Below are positions 35,317-39,105 of a DNA stretch of 39,105 nt, one piece after another. The number at the start of each line of letters is the position of its first letter. Positions within the stretch are counted from its first letter, which is position 1. Position numbers and translations under genes: made by a program. This DNA comes from Bacteroidota bacterium (GTDB lineage: Bacteria; Bacteroidota; Ignavibacteria; Kapaibacteriales; UBA961): the NCBI GenBank assembly GCA_052035765.1, contig JBPOHH010000777.1:1-39105 (forward strand), in the 5' to 3' direction. Below the pieces are notes generated by a model. The model did not search any database. It saw only the letters and a list, made by a program, of their open reading frames with translations, and was not told the origin of the DNA.

Positions 35317-36078
35317 CTATGCTAATGAACGGGTTACAATAATATTTTCAAATTGATCTGCAAAATCAAATAGTCCTTGTTTCTTCCATATCCACTCTGC
35401 GGCAACCAACGCTCCTGAGGCAAACCCACTTCTATTCTTCGCTCTGTGCGTGAGCTCAATTGTATCGGCGACAGAATCCACGTAAACACTATGCGTTCCT
35501 GTCACTTCCCCACCGCGAACAGATGAGATATGGAGAACCTCCGGTGATATTTTACCATGAGATGTGTCCGTATAAAGGGTTGATTTTCTATCTACTTCCG
35601 CTACTATAATATCACCGAGCGAAAGCGCAGTACCACTCGGACTGTCGAGCTTACGCTTATGGTGGATCTCCTGCATGAAAATATCGTACTCCTGTGATGA
35701 ATTGACAAGGCGCGCCGCCTGACGCACAATCCTAAAAAACATTTGCATGCCGATGGAGTAATTAGAGCCGTAAATAACGCCAATAGAATGTTTTTCAACG
35801 AGTTGCTTGATCACAGGCAAATGCTCCAGCCATCCTGTTGTGCCTATAACAACGTTTTTTCGAAGCTCACACGCAGATTGAATCGTAGAAAGAACTGCAT
35901 GCGGTGTCGAAAAATCTATCACCACATCAAAATCAGAAGGTGAGGAAGGGTTCAATGGCGTTTGTTCATCAAAAACACGCGTGATGTGAATCCCCTGCTC
36001 ACCGGCGATACGGGATATTTCTTTGCCCATCGAACCGTTTCCGACGAGAGCTATTCTTGGTGTTGAGTTGATATTCAT
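35317..36078 (-). CDS. dapB: 4-hydroxy-tetrahydrodipicolinate reductase
   Basis: 253 aa. Motifs: IALVGNGSMGKEI, VVIDFSTPHA, VIGTTGW, SNYSIGM, EIHHKRKLDSPSGTA, VRGGEVTGTHSV, ELTHRAKNRSGFASGA. Confidence 0.9.
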   Translation of the reverse strand: MNINSTPRIALVGNGSMGKEISRIAGEQGIHITRVFDEQTPLNPSSPSDFDVVIDFSTPHAVLSTIQSACELRKNVVIGTTGWLEHLPVIKQLVEKHSIGVIYGSNYSIGMQMFFRIVRQAARLVNSSQEYDIFMQEIHHKRKLDSPSGTALSLGDIIVAEVDRKSTLYTDTSHGKISPEVLHISSVRGGEVTGTHSVYVDSVADTIELTHRAKNRSGFASGALVAAEWIWKKQGLFDFADQFENIIVTRSLA

Positions 36079-36093
36079 GGAGTTACTGTAGGA

Positions 36094-36780
36094 TTACTGT
36101 ATCGGTTTTGATGCAAATGATATTGACTTTTTGATCTTTCCGTTGTGGAGTTCGAGACGAGCTGCTTTTGGAAAACACGCTATTAACTCATTGCTGTGAG
36201 TGGATATTATTACTGTAGTTCCCTTCTCTGCTTGTTTTTGGAGCGAGGCAGCGACTATACTCGTGGACTCAGCGTCTAAATTGCCGGTGGGCTCATCAGC
36301 GATAACAAACTCAGGCTTGTGGACAATTGCCCGGGCAAGAGCAGCTAAATGCTTTTCACCGCCGGAAAGCTGATGGGAAAACTTATCACGTAAATGACTA
36401 ATCCCAATATCTGCAAGTACTTCCAGACATCTATTATCCATTTCTTTTTTTGAATACTCTGTCACGACGAGTGGCATCATCACATTTTCATACACTGTCA
36501 TTCCGTTGAGAAGCTTGCAATCCTGAAATATAATGCCTATCTTGCGACGCAACGCATGCTTTTGGCTGCGTTTCATGATAGAAGTGTTCTGACCATTTAA
36601 AAACACAGACCCTTGCGCGGGCATCAAGTCCGCGTACAATAGCCGCAGAAAAGTCGTCTTCCCCGCGCCGGTCACGCCTATCATGAGCGTCGTCTGCCCC
36701 TCCGGTAATATACAGTTAATATTGGAGAGCGCCGGCATAACATCAAAATTTACGGATACTCCGCGTAGCTCAATATGCAT
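36094..36780 (-). CDS. ABC transporter ATP-binding protein, FtsE-like, with atypical signature motif
   Basis: I moved the start to the ATG at 36778-36780 ([12 protein letters not shown]...), because the track's start at 36822 would overlap the divergent anmK. Motifs: Walker [13 protein letters not shown]-loop IIFQD, signature [14 protein letters not shown], Walker [14 protein letters not shown]-loop STHS. No ftsX or permease gene is adjacent. Confidence 0.75.
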   Translation of the reverse strand: MHIELRGVSVNFDVMPALSNINCILPEGQTTLMIGVTGAGKTTFLRLLYADLMPAQGSVFLNGQNTSIMKRSQKHALRRKIGIIFQDCKLLNGMTVYENVMMPLVVTEYSKKEMDNRCLEVLADIGISHLRDKFSHQLSGGEKHLAALARAIVHKPEFVIADEPTGNLDAESTSIVAASLQKQAEKGTTVIISTHSNELIACFPKAARLELHNGKIKKSISFASKPIQ

Positions 36781-36803
36781 ATTTTTCAAATAGATATAAT
36801 ACA

Positions 36804-37976
36804 ATGAACAGTATAAATTCAAACTGGTTTGCAGCTCCGCGCATCCTCTGCGGACTCATGTCGGGCACCTCACTCGACGGGATTGATGTCGCAATCGCAG
36901 AGTTTACAACAGACGCTCAAGGCGTTCATTTTAAAGTAATTACCCATCAGACCATTCCATATTCAGATGAAATAAGATCTGAAATAGTACGATGCATCGA
37001 GAAAAAAATAACCATCTCCGATGTAAGCTTTCTTACCGTCGCGCTTGCAGAATATCATGCTCACGCCGTTCGAACTGCCTGTGCCTCTTGCTCCATTCCA
37101 CCGGAGCAGCTCGACGGAATCGGCTTCCATGGTCAGACGGTATGGCATGCACCAAAGCCATCAAAAAAACTCGAAACATTGCTTGGAAACACACTCCAAC
37201 TATCGTCAGGACAAACACTTGCTGCATTATTAAATACTACGGTCGTGAGCGATTTCCGTTCGGCTGATATCGCACTCGGCGGTCAGGGCGCCCCACTTGT
37301 CCCGATGTTCGACGAAGCGTTCCTGCGGGATTCATCACGCAATGTCATCGCGCTCAATATCGGAGGAATTGCAAATATAACACTCTTACCTGCCTCAAAA
37401 AGCGAGCCGATACGTGCATTCGATACCGGACCGGGGAATGTCTTAATCGATGCATCGACGAAAATGTTCTTCGGAAAAAACTACGACGCCAATGGCGCTA
37501 TTGCCGAGGCAGGTCGCACGATACGCCCGATGATTGCGCAATTAAAAGAACATAAATTCATTTCTCAAAAACCACCTAAATCCACAGGACGTGAAGTATT
37601 TAACGCATCATGGCTCGACAAGCGGCTCCGTACAACATTTCAACCGTCTATTCCTTCTGAAGATGTCGTGCGCACAATTACCGAGTTTACGGCATGGTCA
37701 ATTGCCGAAAATATCCGCCTTTTTGCCGATCCATCCTCCAAAATCATCGCTTCGGGTGGTGGAATTCACAACAAAACACTCATGCAACTGCTTCGCGATG
37801 AACTACCTGCCGCTGAAATCTGCACAACCAACGATATCGGTATCGACTCCGATGCGAAAGAAGCACTTTGCTTTGCCTACCTTGCCTATCGTACCCTTGG
37901 CGGGCTTCCGGGAAATATCCCCTCCGTTACCGGTGCGAGCCGCGAAGCCATTTTAGGAGCAATATCCCGTGGGTAA
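36804..37976 (+). CDS. anmK: anhydro-N-acetylmuramic acid kinase
   Basis: 390 aa. Motifs: GLMSGTSLDGIDVAIA, GFHGQTVWH, SDFRSADIALGGQGAPLVP, LNIGGIANI, FDTGPGNVLID, SGGGIHN. Confidence 0.9.
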   Translation: MNSINSNWFAAPRILCGLMSGTSLDGIDVAIAEFTTDAQGVHFKVITHQTIPYSDEIRSEIVRCIEKKITISDVSFLTVALAEYHAHAVRTACASCSIPPEQLDGIGFHGQTVWHAPKPSKKLETLLGNTLQLSSGQTLAALLNTTVVSDFRSADIALGGQGAPLVPMFDEAFLRDSSRNVIALNIGGIANITLLPASKSEPIRAFDTGPGNVLIDASTKMFFGKNYDANGAIAEAGRTIRPMIAQLKEHKFISQKPPKSTGREVFNASWLDKRLRTTFQPSIPSEDVVRTITEFTAWSIAENIRLFADPSSKIIASGGGIHNKTLMQLLRDELPAAEICTTNDIGIDSDAKEALCFAYLAYRTLGGLPGNIPSVTGASREAILGAISRG

Positions 37977-38022
37977 ATATTGTAATACATTAATAAAAAA
38001 CAGGTTATGTCGGAATTCTGTG

Positions 38023-38253
38023 TTTTCCACAGCTTTATCCACTTCTCCCCATTTTTTGCGTGGAAATCAACGATTTCGTGGTGAATACTTCCGTAGAATC
38101 GTGTATAAAACTTTCTTTATCCACACCTCGGTTGAAAACTGCACGCTTTTCAACAAAGATATCCACAGGTATCGAGACTACCGTTGAAATGCTAAATTAC
38201 TACAAAATATTCGCTTATTTCCACTTATCCACCAAGTTTTCCACATTTCCACA
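38023..38253 (+). other. cluster of same-orientation DnaA boxes (candidate oriC or DnaA-titration locus) in a convergent-gene spacer
   Basis: Boxes compared with the consensus TTATCCACA: TTTTCCACA 38023-31, TTATCCACT 38035-43, TTATCCACA 38117-25 (perfect), ATATCCACA 38159-67, TTATCCACC 38225-33, TTTTCCACA 38237-45, ATTTCCACA 38245-53. AT-rich tracts lie at 37977-38001 and ~38255-38302. Confidence 0.6.
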
Positions 38254-38334
38254 TACTAATTCAACTCTTACATTAAGAAATTTTAAACTTTATATAAGAT
38301 AGTGAAGATTGGAGAGGAAATGAATCAATGGTTT

Positions 38335-38973
38335 TTACTGTTTTTCGAAAATGGGTTTCATGGGTAATCGAGCATCGCAGACCAGCAAAAGCGACCCTTC
38401 ATGGATATTGATACGGACCTCATCACATATCGCCTGATTGCGCGCTCCTTCCCGCGCACCGAGACGAAGCCATTCATTGGTGAGAGGCCATTGGAGACCA
38501 TAGGTCGTCAGGCGTACTGCCGGCTGCGGAATAAGGGAGATGATTTCTTGAGGAAAAGCATTGAACGCTGCTGATTGATGAATGGAAAATATGTATCTCA
38601 TTGATTCATATATACATAGATTCATATTTAACGAAAAACGCATAAAAACACTCCAATTGTTGAGTGAATGCTCGAGCATACCGCCATGGAAGCCGCAGAT
38701 AAGCACTGAATGAAAACCGGCGTTTTGACAATGAACCAGGCATTTTTCAAAATCGTTGGTTTCCTGATCAGGAATACATACTATCCGTGAATGAGGAAAA
38801 TCTATATCCTCGGCGTGAGAATGGAAACTGTCGAGATCGCCAATAATCACGCTAGGCGTAATCCCCAAACGACGTAATTGAAGTGCAGCACCATCGGCAG
38901 CAATGATAGGAATTGATGAAAACTGTGTGTAAAAATCTGAATCGGAAGGCAGAACACCATCAAGGCAAAGCAA
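38335..38973 (-). CDS. thiamine pyrophosphokinase (thiamine diphosphokinase)
   Basis: 212 aa. Motifs: IIAADGAALQLRRLGITPSVIIGDLDSF, PDQETNDFEKCL, ICGFHGGMLEHSLNN. The start is a TTG at 38971-38973. No ATG, GTG or TTG lies further upstream before the in-frame stop at 39082-39084. Confidence 0.75.
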   Translation of the reverse strand: MLCLDGVLPSDSDFYTQFSSIPIIAADGAALQLRRLGITPSVIIGDLDSFHSHAEDIDFPHSRIVCIPDQETNDFEKCLVHCQNAGFHSVLICGFHGGMLEHSLNNWSVFMRFSLNMNLCIYESMRYIFSIHQSAAFNAFPQEIISLIPQPAVRLTTYGLQWPLTNEWLRLGAREGARNQAICDEVRINIHEGSLLLVCDARLPMKPIFEKQ

Positions 38974-39105
38974 AGCGTCGAATCCTGACGGAGAAAATGA
39001 AAGTCGAGAAAAGGGGGTCTTAAAATGAAGGTCGATCGAACGTAGAAAGGAATTTCTCCCGGTGTTTTGTTGGTATTTATCCTATGTATATCGGGGATTT
39101 TGAAG

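Noticed and set aside
37969-38302. Two plus-strand ORFs (72 aa at 37969..38187 and 80 aa at 38060..38302) in the anmK-thiamine pyrophosphokinase spacer.
   Set aside because: They overlap each other in different frames and have no Shine-Dalgarno sequence. One starts inside anmK. Their odd composition (repeated STxxH/FIHT) simply reflects translated DnaA boxes. The region is better explained as non-coding.

Overview
This is a 39.1-kb chromosomal window from a low-GC bacterium of the FCB group (Bacteroidota / Ignavibacteriota-Chlorobiota-like). That placement is inferred from the many T9SS-type C-terminal sorting domains and from the housekeeping gene content. I see no rRNA, CRISPR array, transposase, integrase or phage genes.

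Layout:
- 1-4.2 kb: asnB (3' end outside the window) and a GltD-like Fe-S flavoprotein.
- 4.2-19.5 kb: five consecutive minus-strand genes, about 5,030 aa in total. Each encodes a protein with an N-terminal signal peptide and a T9SS C-terminal tail. They include a 2387-aa giant with Pmp-type GGA(I/L/V)/FxxN beta-helix repeats, a protein with two tandem NIDO-like modules, and three proteins with cohesin-like modules (one also has dockerin-like motifs). Three of the five share a paralogous 'ELPPxPP..FDxRF ... YPxxxxWD' module. This block is the most likely candidate for an undescribed cell-surface assembly.
- 19.6-38.9 kb: housekeeping genes. These are a YfgM-like TPR membrane protein, tRNA-Arg(CCG), a fused 2-oxoacid dehydrogenase E1 alpha/beta, ilvE, gatB, a DUF2795 protein, an Omp85/BamA-family protein, birA, mnmE, mnmG, a BadF/GlcNAc-kinase-like ATPase, an unknown outer-membrane protein, a DUF1573 protein, dapB, an FtsE-like ABC ATPase, anmK and thiamine pyrophosphokinase.

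Non-coding signals worth following up:
- A 358-bp spacer between the convergent anmK and thiamine pyrophosphokinase genes carries 6-7 same-orientation DnaA boxes plus AT-rich tracts. It is a candidate oriC, about 5.6 kb from mnmG.
- The same GTTTCACGTGAAAC palindrome sits on both sides of mnmG. One copy is extended to a 36-bp perfect palindrome over the stop codon.
- Three TTTTGWCAG repeats occur at exact 35-bp spacing.
- A 9-nt anti-Shine-Dalgarno sequence lies upstream of the giant gene.

Hand-located motif coordinates should be treated as +/-2 nt.
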